A stretch of DNA of 64,000 nt from Eledone cirrhosa (lineage: Eukaryota), in assembly GCA_964016885.1 (NCBI GenBank), contig OZ024747.1:2728001-2792000 (forward strand), given 5' to 3'. Position 1 is the first letter of the stretch, and every line of letters begins with the position of its first letter. Below the pieces are notes generated by a model. It made no database searches. It was not told the origin of the DNA and worked only from the letters and a program-made list of their open reading frames with translations. Positions 1-13,697 of this stretch are shown in pieces. Made by a program: the position numbers and the translations under genes.

Positions 1-162
1 TACATATGCATATATATATATATTGCAAAGGCACACACACACAAATATGTATATACACACACACATACATCATACATACACGCCCTTAATATATATACAC
101 AGATACATCATACATACGAGTATATATATATGTATGTATGGAATGTATATATATATACACAC

Positions 163-222
<60 letters not shown>
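1..222. repeat. (TA)n/(CA)n compound microsatellite
   Basis: Dinucleotide runs; source of the YI/HT low-complexity ORFs. Confidence 0.95.
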
Positions 223-225
<3 letters not shown>

Positions 226-889
226 TATTCTCTCTCCTTTGGTTGTAATATTGTCAATTTTATTCTGTTTATAAATTACCTTCACTTTATTTTGTTTAAA
301 TATCAAAATAGATATAAATATTTTCAGTATAGAAAATTAAGATTTAGATAAAAATTGTACACTTGTCAGATATAATGTCCCTCCTTTTAAACAATTAGTT
401 TGGTGATACCATTAAATGAAAGGGGGAGTTTAATTGTGAGGTAATTAAAATATCTTCCCTGAATCCATGGAAGAATTAAATAAAGTATATGTTCATATTT
501 TCCTGTTGGTTTATGTGAATACATATAATGACTTCATTCTGTCACTATTGTGTTCTAATTCAGTTATTGCTTTATATCTGTGAGAGCTATGTTTTTAGGA
601 ATAATATCAGAAAATCTTGAATGTTTTGAGGACAATGAAGCAAAATTTCTCAAAATGGGTTGCCAGGAATCTCAGTGTTCTATAAGAAATGTCATGTTTT
701 ACAATTAATTAATGGTCTCCTGTTAGTACCTTGATTTTTTTGTATTCTAAATTAGCCAAATTTATCTCTGCATTCCATAATCTATATTTATTAATTTCGT
801 GAAAATACAGTATGTGACTATATAAAATTGATAATTATTCACAATAGAGGTTGTGGTTTTAAAATACAACTAATTGATATTGTTACTAA

Positions 890-1172
890 TAGGTGGATTG
901 GTAGGATCAGTAAAGTACTGAACAACATGATTTGCAGCATAGAGTTACAGCTAGTAACACACTGGGTTCGATTTAATCATCTTTCTCCTTCCCCCAAACT
1001 ATTGGCCTTATGCATAAATCAGAAACAGCTATTATGCTGAGGTTAGCTTTGCTATTCATTCCCATGGAGTCAATAAAATAAAGTACCAGTAATGCACTGG
1101 GGTCGATGACTTAACTGACTTTCCCTTCCCCCAAAATTGTTGACCATGTTCCTAAATCAGAAACTGTTATTA
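890..1172 (+). mobile_element. Two degraded tandem tRNA-derived SINE fragments (Meta-domain-like family)
   Basis: ggtggattgg head, cattcc..ggagtcaataaaataaagtaccag body and cctaaatcagaaac tail match cleaner copies at 18056 and 45937. Confidence 0.7.
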
Positions 1173-1289
1173 AAGTGTTACTGACTACATTCAACCTTAG
1201 GTACCAAATAATCCACTGGTAAGAACACTTTCTATGTCAGCTTTGACCCATATATGCTATTGTGAAAAAACAAAAATTATGGGGTTCTT

Positions 1290-1590
1290 TTCCTTCTTCA
1301 CTCACTTATTCCTGAGAGGGTCTTGAGGACAAAGCTTCCCCCCAACTCTTTCCAGCGGTTCCTGTCAGAAGCATCCATTTCCAATTGATCTGGCTGGATC
1401 TGCAAATGAGACCAGCTAAGCTCATGGATGTTATCCAACCATCTTGCTCGAAGTCTACTCCCAGGAACTCCTGCCAGATGGTTTTGCTTGTAAAATTTGT
1501 CTAGTAACATTACTCAATAGATTGCATAGTTTGGAGATCAGAGAGTCGCTCTAAGTAAAGCCACTACTTCTCCAGATTGAGAGCTCACAA
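1290..1590 (-). mobile_element. RTE-clade LINE 3' fragment, family 2, degraded
   Basis: Encodes RLRARWLDNIHELSWSHLQI..SDRNRWK; similar to 37828-38200. Confidence 0.8.
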
Positions 1591-2124
1591 ATTTGATAAT
1601 ATGGGCACATGTTTAGAATTATGGGGTTCATATTAAAATAAATTATGGAATCATATTCGGGCCCTGGGACAAAATGGGAAATCTGGTTTGGGAGCCAACG
1701 TGTTAACAGAAAAAAATATTGGTACATTTCAATGAAATGGAAAAAAGAAAAAGTAACACAAAATTTCTTTCAAAATTGTTAATAAATTTGCCATAAATCT
1801 TTAATATTTCATAACTAAATAGTAAATAATGTATTCATCACATTTTGAAACAATAATTTCAACAATGTTTGTATCTCAGCAATATGATAACTGCAGCTTT
1901 AATATTGACCTTCTATGGTTACTAGGACTCTCTCGCTGGACTCTAATATGCACACTTCAGATTTTTAATCTATATTGTTGCTCATGGTTCACCAGTAAAT
2001 CCTCTCTAAGAATTAAATAAGCAGGATTGATGCCATTTGTCATGACTCAGAGACGGCCGTTTGCTGGCATTTATTAAGTTGCTGCTAGTTAAAGTCATAA
2101 ACAATTACTGTTCTTGACATACAA

Positions 2125-2790
2125 TCATTCTCATCACAATCATCATCAGCTGCAACAACATTACCTTCACCACCACCACCTCCATCACTGCTACCACCAC
2201 CATCACCTCCTGTATCACCACATCCAGCATCACCACCAACACCACAATGACCAATGCCACCACCACCACCACCACCTCCACAACCACAACCTTCATCATC
2301 AATATCACCAATACTACCACCACCACCACCACCACTACCCCCACCACCTCAACCATCACCACTACCACCACCACCACCACCACCACCACGCCACCACTAC
2401 CACCACTACCCCTACCACCTCAACCATCACCACCACCACCACCATAACACCACAACCACCACCACCACCACCACACCACCACCACCACCACCCCACCACC
2501 CCACCACCACCACCACCACAAAACCACCACCACCACCACCACCACCACCACCACCACCACTACCCCACCAGCTCAACCATCACCACCACCACCACCACCA
2601 CCACCACCACTACCCCACCAGCTCAACCATCACCACCACCACCACCACCACACAACCACCACCACCACCACCACCACCACACCATCACCACCACCACCAC
2701 TACCCCACCAGCTCAACCATCACCACCACCACCACTACCCCTATCACCTCAACCACCACCACCGCCACCACCACACCACCACCACTACCA
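2125..2790. repeat. (CAC)n-based low-complexity repeat with higher-order unit accaccactaccccaccagctcaaccatc
   Basis: Visible trinucleotide repeat; gives poly-H/T/P/V ORFs. Confidence 0.95.
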
Positions 2791-3148
2791 TCTTCTCCTA
2801 TAAACTCTCTCTCTCTATATATCCTCTACTTGATATTTTAACTGTTACCCATCTGTATCATTGATCAACTCTCAACTGCCCAATATTTCTTGACCTGATT
2901 CAATCTAATGTCTCCCCTACACTGACCTTCACCCAAACATATCTTTCTCATCTTACTCACTAATCCATAAAAATCTATTCTAACAGCTTCCATGTAAAAT
3001 ACTCAATGCAATCTTTTAACCACAATAAATGGTTAGTAATTTTATGAGAGGCATTGTTAATTCATATTTTATTACAGAGTCAGCAAAAATAATAATATGA
3101 CAGCTTTGAAATAAAGTGAATAGAAATGTAGAGAGTAGGGATTTAATT

Positions 3149-3476
3149 AACTATAGCCCTTACAACCTGGGATTCATACTAAAGATATATATCAGCTAAT
3201 AGTCCTACCAGCATGGGATTCATACTAAAGAGATATATCAGCTAATAGTCCTACCAGCCTGGGATTCATACTAAAGATATATATCAGCTAATAGTCCTAC
3301 CAGCCTGGGATTCATACTAAAGATATATATCAGCTAATAGTCCTACCAGCCTGGGATTCATACTAAAGAGATATATCAGCTAATAGTCCTACCAGCCTGG
3401 GATTCATACTAAAGAGATATATCAGCTAATAGTCCTACCAGCCTGGGATTCATACTAAAGAGATATATCAGCTAAT
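3149..3476. repeat. 46-bp minisatellite, about 7 copies
   Basis: Unit agctaatagtcctaccagcctgggattcatactaaaga(t/g)atatatc starts at 3194, 3240, 3286, 3332, 3378, 3424; degenerate first copy at 3149. Confidence 0.95.
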
Positions 3477-3527
3477 ATGCAATATTAATACCTCATATAC
3501 ATGTAACATCCATATAGCCATATAAGG

Positions 3528-3733
3528 GTTTCTGATTTTAGGCACAAGGCCAACAATTTTAGGAGAATGGAAATTGATTAAATCGACCCCAGTGGTACTT
3601 TATTTTATCGACCTTGTTAGAATGAAAAGCAAAGCTAACCTCAGTGGGATTTAAACTCAGAACGTAAAGGGCCATAACTCTATATCACTAAACATGTTGT
3701 CCGACGTTCTACTGATTCTGACAATCGGCCACC
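3528..3733 (-). mobile_element. tRNA-derived SINE (Meta-domain-like family)
   Basis: ggtactttattttatcgacc..gaaaagcaaagctaacctc..aactcagaa motif. Confidence 0.8.
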
Positions 3734-4084
3734 ATATATCCATATAATATCTATAAAACATCATACATACATGAAAGCATGCATACATGCACACACACAC
3801 ACAAACATACAAACATGATGATGGCTGCCCCCTCGTTATCACGTATGGCCATTGCACGATATACCATTATTAATAATTATTAATTAATTCTATCATGCAA
3901 TGCCTGTGCGTGAATATATCTTTTAAAGTGAAGAAAGACTGTGCACTGAGCCAATCCCACTCTCTGAGCGACAGTAGCTATAACCCAAAAAGAAGAAAAG
4001 ATCAACATCATCGGTAACTACTGAGTTGCAGGTTTTATATCGGATTTATCCCAGTTTCCTGAGTTGCATACATACATAACATAC

Positions 4085-4230
4085 AATGGGCTTGTGCATA
4101 GTTTCTGTCAACCAAATTTCACTCAGATATCATTGTTTAAGTCCAAGATAAAGAGACATTTGTCGAAGGTGCCATGCGGTGGAGTTGAACCAGAAAGCAG
4201 ATGGTTGTGAAGTAAACCTCTTAACCACCC
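4085..4230 (-). mobile_element. tRNA-derived SINE, third family, degraded
   Basis: ccaaatttcactca..aaggtgccatgcggtggagttgaacc..ttaaccac; related copies near 12795, 18430 and 46960. Confidence 0.6.
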
Positions 4231-4304
4231 AATGTTACTGAGATTTCATATACAGTTGGATGTCTTTCAAAATATCACACACAAGCTCTGACAGTTTTCT
4301 TCAG

Positions 4305-4590
4305 TCTCTCTCTCTCTCTCTCTAGCTCTTTTCCTCTCTCTTTCTCTCTCTCCCCCTCTCTCTCACACTCTCACGCACACACATTCTCTATATCTGTCTA
4401 TCTATTTTTATCTTCTCTCTTTCCCCCCTCTCTCTCTTTTTCTGTCTCACCCCTCTTTCACAGACACACACACACTCTCTCTGTTTCTATCTATCTATCT
4501 GTCAATCTCTCTCTCTTTCTCACACACTCTCTATATCTGTCTATCTATCGTTATCTCCCCTCATTCTCTCTCTTTCCCTCTCTTCTCTCA
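4305..4590. repeat. (CT)n/(CA)n/(CTAT)n low-complexity tract
   Basis: Direct inspection. Confidence 0.9.
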
Positions 4591-5045
4591 TATTTCTGTG
4601 TTGTCATCTGTTATTTGAAATGAGTTTACCAGCCCAGCCCACCCCAGCCCACTCCACCCAAAAATAAAGGAATAAAAAAGAAAAAGAAAAAGGTTGTTGG
4701 TGTATATGAATAAGTCCAAACATATATGTTCTCTTCAATAACATGTATTTAATATTGCTGTCTAGTATTATTACGTTTAGAATAAGATAGGTCTGATATA
4801 TTGGCTTCAGTTGGCATAAGCAATTCCATTTTACAAGATACATTTATTGTAGCTATGTTGTTATATCATTGATATTGGGGGAACAGCATTGTAATATTTC
4901 ATTTCATGATTTTTGATATAAAATTCCTCTTTTAGACAATTTTACATACTTTTCAGAGTAGCAGGTGGTGGTGGAGTTATAATGTAAGACAAATTTATAT
5001 TACACTAAATTCTGTTTCCTCTCTATGTTATTAAATAAATTTGGT

Positions 5046-5101
<56 letters not shown>

Positions 5102-5114
5102 GTATATATTTGGT

Positions 5115-5155
<41 letters not shown>

Positions 5156-5556
5156 TTCAAACAGTTTTCATAAGAGGGTTAGCTTCAAAACTACAGATTA
5201 AGTCAACCGGATAATTTTGAAGCCCTTTAGCATTACTTTGGTAAATTATGTTACATAGATGAATAACATAAATTTTAAATGTCATTTGAAATTGAGTTTG
5301 CTATATTTATCTAGAACCCTTCCATTCTATGGAAAAGGAATGGAGAAATAAACTAGAAAAAATAACATTTAAAAAATTCCTGGAAAAACACCAGAATCGG
5401 AAAAACATTTTGTAGATTTACTGATATTCTGTCAGCAAAGACAGCTCTGCATGTTTGACATGGCTGGTTTCAATTTCAATAAAATGGAATTTGTTGTAAA
5501 TATACCAGCATTATGTTGACTTTCTTCAACAATTATACTGCATTTAGTTTGTCTAC

Positions 5557-6669
5557 ATGATGATGATGTTGATAGTGATGATGATGTTGATAGTGATGAT
5601 GATGATGATGGTGATGATGGTGTTGATAGTGATGATGGTGTTGATAGTGATGATGGTGATGATGGTGATGATGGTGTTGATGGTGATGATGGTGATGATG
5701 GTGATGATGGTGTTGATGGTGATGATGGTGTTGATGGTGATGATGGTGATGATGGTGTTGATGGTGATGATGGTGATGATGGTGTTGATGGTGATGATGG
5801 TGATGATGGTGTTGATGGTGATGATGGTGTTGATAGTGATGATGATGTTGATAGTGATGATGGTGTTGATAGTGATGAGGGTGTTGATAGTGATGATGGT
5901 GATGATGGTGATGATGGTGTTGATGGTGATGATGATGTTGATGGTGATGATGGTGTTGATGGTGATGATGGTGTTGATAGTGATGAGGGTGTTGATAGTG
6001 ATGATGGTGATGATGGTGATGATGGTGTTGATGGTGATGATGGTGATGAGGGTGTTGATAGTGATGATGGTGATGAGGGTGTTGATGGTGATGATGGTGA
6101 TGATGGTGATGAGGGTGTTGATAGTGATGATGGTGTTGATAGTGATGATGATGGTGATGATGGTGATGATGGTGTTGATGGTGATGATGATGTTGATAGT
6201 GATGATGGTGATGATGGTGATGATGGTGTTGATGGTGATGATGGTGATGAGGGTGTTGATAGTGATGATGGTGTTGATAGTGATGATGATGGTGATGATG
6301 GTGATGATGGTGTTGATGGTGATGATGATGTTGATGGTGATGATGGTGATGATGGTGATGATGGTGTTGATGGTGATGATGATGTTGATGGTGATGATGG
6401 TGTTGATAGTGATGAGGGTGTTGATAGTGATGATGGTGATGATGGTGTTGATGGTGATGATGATGTTGATAGTGATGATGATGATGATGGTGATGATGGT
6501 GTTGATAGTGATGATGGTGTTGATAGTGATGATGATGGTGATGATGGTGATGATGGTGTTGATGGTGATGGTGATGGTGATGGTGATGATGGTGATGATG
6601 GTGTTGATGGTGATGGTGATGGTGATGATGGTGATGATGGTGTTGATGGTGATGGTGATGGTGATGATG
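5557..6669. repeat. 1.1-kb satellite of 9-nt variant units (gatgatggt/gttgatggt/gttgatagt/gatgagggt)
   Basis: Direct inspection; open in three frames (S/P/T-rich, poly-H, M/V-rich). Confidence 0.95.
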
Positions 6670-6889
6670 CATGTGTTAAAAGAAACAAAGACCTGTTTCT
6701 TTGTTTACCCTCTATCAATGGTGTAGATGTGATTGAAACCGAATCTTAAACAAATGACAACTAAACCTTGTTCTCTCACATCAGAGCCAATTATCTTGTC
6801 TACCTGTAGTTACAGTGGCAGACTTTAGAAATCTACCTGTGAAAACAATTCTAAGCAAACAAAAAACAAACACAACCCAAAAAATGCTT

Positions 6890-7355
6890 CAATACACAGC
6901 TAAAATTACACACACACTTACATACACATATATACATGTACAGAAACACACATACATACAGCTAAAATTACATACATGCAAAAACACACACTTACATGCA
7001 CATATATACATGTACAGAAACACACATACATACACAGACACACAAATACATACATAGAGACATATACACATATACATACACACATAGATGCGTACATACC
7101 AACATGTACAGAAACACACACACATGCACACAAATGCACACACACACACATACATACACACACACAAGCATGCATCGAAACATGCACACAAACACATACA
7201 TATAGACACATGCACACAAAGATACATAGACATACAAACATAGACAAACATTTACATTCATACACAAACATACTCATATGCACACAAACACACACACTCA
7301 TATACACGCATACATACAAACATGCACACACAAACATAAAAACATACAAGCACAC
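6890..7355. repeat. Degenerate (CA)n/(CATA)n tract
   Basis: Direct inspection. Confidence 0.9.
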
Positions 7356-9299
7356 CTATGCTTTTTGTTGAGGAAGATTTCCAAAGTATTTAAATAGACA
7401 TTCCTTGGATTCATCAATCCTTTCTTTACATCTTTTTATCCTGTCCCCTCACCTCTCTATTTTCTATTCTTTTTTCTACTTTTCTTTTCTTTTTCATCTT
7501 GCTTTTCTATTATTCTCTTCTCTTTATTACTTCACATCTTATATTATCCCCAGACTCTCAGCTCTAACTCTATTTTTACCTATTTCTTTTTCCGTTATTC
7601 CAGTTAATTATTCTGGTTTATTTTTATTTATTTTTATTTTTTGTGGGGTGAGGGATAGATTTTATTTTTTGTTACTGACATATCTATATATTATTTAATT
7701 CTGTTCTAAATGTTATTCCTAAAGCCTAAAGAAAACCTTGTCTTGTCTCAGAGAGGAGCTGGATATAACATTACACTATAATCAAGTCTGTTTAAGAAAA
7801 AAAAAAAACCCATTAATTCAGTGGTTTGTAACTTTTTTTTTACCTCCATTTCTCACCATGACACTTCAAAAGATTCAATATCTTCTTCATCATTATTATT
7901 TAGAGTCTTTTACTTTCAAGAAAGTACTGGACATGTCACAGAACTATCAGAGAGGCTGAGGGGTCCTTCATCTTGTTTAATTATATTCCTGCATTCTATT
8001 GAGGGCTCAGGCAGGCATGGGACCCGTATCGTGTTCACAATACGTTGCCATGTGCAACCAAGTGAATTTTATCACAGGATCAGCACTAGAGAGGTTGTCA
8101 TGTTTTTGATACAGCTCAGGGAAGTAACAAAAATTAATTTGGTCCCCCTTTGAATATTATGGGGACCTTGGCTCCAACCAATTCATCCCTCACCATCACC
8201 ATCACCACCACTGCCAAATATATATATATATATCCACCACTGATAAACATCCATCAACTGAAACCTTGTTGATTCGTAATAAACCAGTTTTCTTAGCAAG
8301 AAGACATATTTATTTCTGAATGTGAAGAGAAAGGAAAATCTGTTGTAACTTCTAGTGAAGCGTAAGCTATCCACAATGTTTTAACAACGCATTTTCTTTA
8401 GGGACCACTTTCTCAGTTTTGATATATACAAGTTCCTTTGGTTTTGGTTTCCTGTGACCTGAACTGAAAATTATGAACTGCTAAGATGGCTTGCTTAGAA
8501 TAATAATAGTACATGGTAAATTCTGTTAGATATGTGATATAATTTATACTGGAAGTAAATGGATTAGGGATTCATAGCAAGGGAATGGAATTTAAAGAAC
8601 CAATACCACTGCTTGTAACAAAGGATTTCTCCCTTCATAGAAGATGCAGGATATATGTAGCATATTTAATGTGTTGAATTCTATTTGATAAGAAGGCGTG
8701 AGCCATGAATAGTGAGGTAATCTGATGATGAGGGTGAAATAAATTGCATATGGTCTGTTGAATATGAAACGGTAACTTGCAAGAAAAGTTCAAAGAAAGC
8801 AATTAGCATTGAAAGACATTAGATAATGTAAACAGAAGACCTGACTGCACAGCTATATATGTGTATATTGTACCTAGATAATACAGGTTAAGTGAAACAT
8901 GTAAACTGAAGGTTCATCTTGACCTCAACAGAAAGAAACTGAGGAAGATGTGAGATGAAATCCAAAAATATTCTGCCATCCAGAAAATCTTATACAGATT
9001 CAAGGGACCTAGAGAAATGTGATGCTAGTTATCTACCTGACCTATGTTAGCATGATAAAATAGGGTGTCAACACATTTACTTGAACTTTGTTACATGTCT
9101 ATAATTAATAGATGTTCTATTGTAACAATGATTTACATTTTCCAAACTATTCATTTTATCTTTTGTGGTTTGATTCTATGAATAAAATGTGGTCACCCGA
9201 TCTGGCTAGCCTCGTATGTTGACACCTTGTCTAACCCATGAAAGCATGGAAAATAGATATTAAATGGTGCTAATGATGATATATTTGTATCACTCTATC

Positions 9300-9425
9300 A
9301 TCATCATTATCATTATCTTCACTGTTTTACATCTATACTTCCACGCTAGTATGGGTTAGACGGGTTGTCCTGTTGTGGGCAGTGCCCGGTTGGCTGACCT
9401 TGTCTTGCTCATGCGGGAACTGATA
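9300..9425 (-). mobile_element. RTE LINE extreme 3' end (5'-truncated)
   Basis: Matches the 3' terminus of the 61239 copy (atgggttagacgggttgtc..gggcagtg..ggttggctgacc) with a (CAT)n tail. Confidence 0.75.
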
Positions 9426-9446
9426 CATATATATATATCACTGTAT

Positions 9447-9830
9447 ATCATCATCATCATTTTACGTTCGCTTTTCCCTGCTTGCAAGGGTGGGACGGGA
9501 ACTGATTCTGGCTTGATTTCTACAGCTGGATGCCCTTCCTAACCCCAACCTCATTTACAGTGAGTGCTGGGTGCTTTTTTTCCATGGCGCCTACGCGTCC
9601 ACTTTACAGTGTGGACTGGGTGCTTTTTTTGCCGTGGCACCTCTACGACCACTTTACAGTGGAATGATAGGGAACCCAGTCCCTATCATCTCATTTCTAC
9701 AGCTGAGTAAACTGGAGCAATGTGAAATAAAGTGCTTGCTCAAGGAAACAACACATCACCTGGTCTGAGAATTGAACTCACAACCTTTTGATTGCAAGGC
9801 CAATGCTCTAACCACTAAGCCATGTGCCTC
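9447..9830 (-). mobile_element. Full-length CORE-like SINE with RTE-derived tail (OR2-like)
   Basis: Reverse complement of 13698-14035: tRNA A/B-box head, CORE-like ccttgagcaag..cacattgctccagtttactcagctgtagaaatgag, 48-bp units and (GAT)n tail. Confidence 0.85.
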
Positions 9831-10807
9831 CATATATATATATAAATCTATTGATCAAGTTATATAATATAACATCTATATATAAATAGTGTGTATTTGG
9901 AATTTTAGAATAGATACATAATCTCCCTGTGTGTCAGAATAGGCAACTAAAAGGGTTGGAATCAGGAAGGGATCTGTCTGTAAAACTCTGTCACAAAACA
10001 TCCCAACCAACTCATGGCAGTATGGAGATGGGGACTTAAAAACGATGATGATGATGAGTACATTTTCACAAACAGACGATATGACTGAAATGATTTCATA
10101 TATAGGTTAGCGTTGCTTTTCACCCCTACAGGATCGATGAAAGAAAGTACCAGTAAGGCACTAGGGTCTTTTTAATTGACTTTCCCACTGTCAAAAAATT
10201 GCTGGTCTTGTGCCTAAATCAGAAACCATTATTTAGAAGTTTAAAAAGCTGTCAAACAGAAAATAAATTTATATAGTTCAATAAATAATAGTTTTTATAA
10301 GGCAAACAATGCTTATGTTGCTTCTTCGAAATAGAGGCTACAGACGGTATGATTGATAATCTTCAAAATTTGCATGATTGCTGAAATATTCAACTTCATT
10401 TACACCTCTATATTCTAAGCTTTCTTAATAGTGTTTAATTGGGCATTTAAAATGCAATATCACAGCTATTTCATATTTAATAACATAAAATCAATATTAT
10501 GATATGATTCACCTGACTAACTGATAATGTAGGAAGAAAAAATCACAAAATAATATAAGTTAGTTTACTATGAAGAGGAGAAGAAGAGATGTGATGCTTT
10601 AGGCATAACCCTTCATTGGGGCTCAATCTTGATAAAAACAATAAAGCTCTTAAAATTCAGTCCAAATCAAATTTCTTGTTAAAATCATCCTTGCCAAGAG
10701 AGAGAAAATATCTATTGAATTACCTTTAACTTAGTAAAACAGTGGAAAGCAAAGAAACTAATGTTGTTCTGTGTCAGTAAATGGTATTACAAAGAATTCA
10801 TATAATA

Positions 10808-10968
10808 GGTTCTGATTTAGGTTTGAAGAGAAGGAGGAAAAGTTGATTAAATCGAACCCAGTATGTTACTGGTACTTTATTTTATTGACACCGTAAGGAT
10901 GAAAGGCAAAGCTGACCTCAGCAGAATTTTAACTCAGAAGATAAAGGGTCGTAACTGTGTGCCACAAA
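10808..10968 (-). mobile_element. tRNA-derived SINE (Meta-domain-like family)
   Basis: ctggtactttattttattgacaccgtaaggatgaaaggcaaagctgacctc. Confidence 0.75.
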
Positions 10969-11605
10969 AAGTGTTCAAATAATTCAATATGTTTTATGCT
11001 TGTCTTTTATTTACTACTTCAAGTAAAATTAACTAAAACTGATTTTCTTTATAATTGCTCTTAACTTGCAAGACTATAATATTATCTGGTCATAATTTGT
11101 TTTCAGATCTAATAACATATATATTTATATTTACTCTTAGTCCCAGAGCCCACCACACTCCCCTCTTCCCCTCCCATTCTTCCTTGGCCCTAGAGCCTTT
11201 TCCTTTTATAAACACACCACACTCTATGCCTCCCTTCTTTATGGTTATTAAATGATAAGGACTTAACAGTAAAATTTATATTCAGTAGTTTGAAAACTGG
11301 TAGCAAATCTTCTTTTATCGTTCTCAACTCAGCACAAAATGTTATATTACGTAAATAAAAGGGTTAACAAGAACAAAAACTGCACCAAATGAAATTTAGA
11401 GAAAGTTTACTGAAATGTGTAATATATTTAAGTATATTCATAACTATTTGATAATGATAATGTGTTCATGATTGGGTATGCACTCACAGACATCTACATA
11501 TTTATTAATATGTATGTATATGCATATAACCATATACACATACATATATATATATAGTAATATTAATAAATTTGAAGACTAAAATCCAAAGAGGGCTCGA
11601 TAAGG

Positions 11606-11790
<185 letters not shown>

Positions 11791-13697
11791 TAAATAGTTG
11801 TTCATGAAGAATTATAATCATATCTGTATGCATAAGCATATGTAGGAGTTTATATTATGTGTGGGTAAACGTGTGCATATATGTGTGACTGCATATTATA
11901 AACGTATTGATGAGTCTACATAGATGAAAGAAAGACTATATTATTACATTCACACACATAAATACTTACATACACACACATATATAAAGCAAGTATGGTT
12001 AGATATATTGTGCATATAGGATAATAGACTGTCAACTTTTATCTTACTTTGAAATATCTTGCTTTTGCTAATGGTAGTAAATATGGTTTCTACCTCAGTA
12101 GATCCGTTGCTAATCTTCTGTTCCACATTATTCCATAGTAATCCTTATCAAGATCAGCTGCTAATCTTCTATCCAGCATCATGCCAGAGTAATCTTCTTC
12201 AATGGAATGTTGTAATAAAAGCAAAGCTACTGCACCCAGACTTACACTGAGATGGTTAACTCAGTATGACATGGTGCCACTTTATAATTCTTATGTGACA
12301 CAACATAAATAATCCCATGTCATTCCACAAAGTCTTTCTTCCTGAAAGTTCCAGAAAACTAATTTACCAGTTTCTCTGACTATAAATTGTGTTCCTTCTA
12401 GCATACAGTCCTTACCCCTCCCAAAATATTTTATTTACATTTCACAGTTGGCCTATTTTTTCACTAATACATTTTAGAAAATATTATGAATTACAAGATC
12501 TAAGATACATTTAATGTAGATATAACTACAGTTTTTAAACTATATAAGCCTTACTGCGAAAAGAATGAAGTGTAAATACACTTTCTTTTATTTACACTAT
12601 ACACAGAAAAACTCTTGTTTTTCTATTTACTGAGATTTTTTTGTAGTGTGTGAATAAAATAAAGTGTATTTATAAACAATGATGCTTATAATTTGAGAAC
12701 TGTAGTAACATATCTATCTATCTATCTATCTCTCTCTCTCTATATATATATATATACAGATAAACACATGCATACATATATAGCAGACTTAGTAGAGTTT
12801 CCATCTAGTAAAATCCCTCACAAATCATTGGTTGGGGCTGAACTATAACAGAAGCCAAAGGTGTGATGCAGTGGAATAAAAATAAAGGTCATATGATTGT
12901 CAAGCAAACTCATTCACTACACAGCCATTTGTTTTTCAATACAAATAAATGTGTAGTTGGCATTAGGGAAGATTCTAGAGCCAAACCTGTTTGATTAGAG
13001 CTAACCAGTTCTGAAGAATTTTCACCATTACCAGAAAAATTGTTATTTAAATATATTTATACTTACTAAACACGTACTAGAGTAGATTACCATTAGTTTT
13101 GAAAGGTTTGAATTTGATGTTTTTTTACAACTGAAGAGAAATGTGAGTTTTCATAGTTCTACCTCTCTAAAGAGAAATATGATGAAATTAAACAATGACA
13201 AATGAAAGTAAAACTTGCTTGTAGACTGGTTTTATCAGGAGTTTAAATTATATTCTATTTTACTTACCATGTAAATATGTTCTAGTATAGTTAATGTCAT
13301 TACAATTAATATATACATAACATGCACAGAAATCTTTTCAATATGGAAGAAACTAGAAAACTGATGTTATATACTTCATATTCAGTATCAGAATAATAAG
13401 GTAGGGATTAGAATTCTATTTTGTTCATCATGTTATATATTAAGTTGTAGATAACATAGAAATATGCACTGCATTATTTACAGGACATTTTTTCACATAA
13501 AAGAAAATGTTTTATAGCTTCTTTGATTTCTATGAAAGCCATACTCTATTTACAAGATTAAACACTAATTATACATATATAAAAACGTGCATATATGAGT
13601 ATTCATAAGGGCACACACACATACATATAACATATATATATATATATGTTATATGTATGTGTGCGTATATATATATATATATGTATATATAATATAT

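Noticed and set aside
23-351. YI/HT/VC-rich ORFs here and at 6815-7371, 11505-11793, 19412-19722, 21534-22122, 27879-29117, 42869-43572
   Set aside because: Translations of dinucleotide microsatellites; no coding evidence
599-710. Exon-like segment GIISENLECFEDNEAKFLKMGCQESQCSIRNVMFYN* after tttttag
   Set aside because: Short, no convincing donor or homology; cannot be distinguished from chance
2105-2841. Extensin/formin-like poly-Pro and poly-His ORFs
   Set aside because: (CAC)n repeat is open in all + frames by composition
3149-3476. CRISPR-like appearance of regular arrays (also 15204, 31975, 40731)
   Set aside because: Units are contiguous with no unique spacers; eukaryotic context; no cas genes
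8550-9080. Possible very old + strand RTE remnant
   Set aside because: Only faint motif similarity; boundaries not supportable
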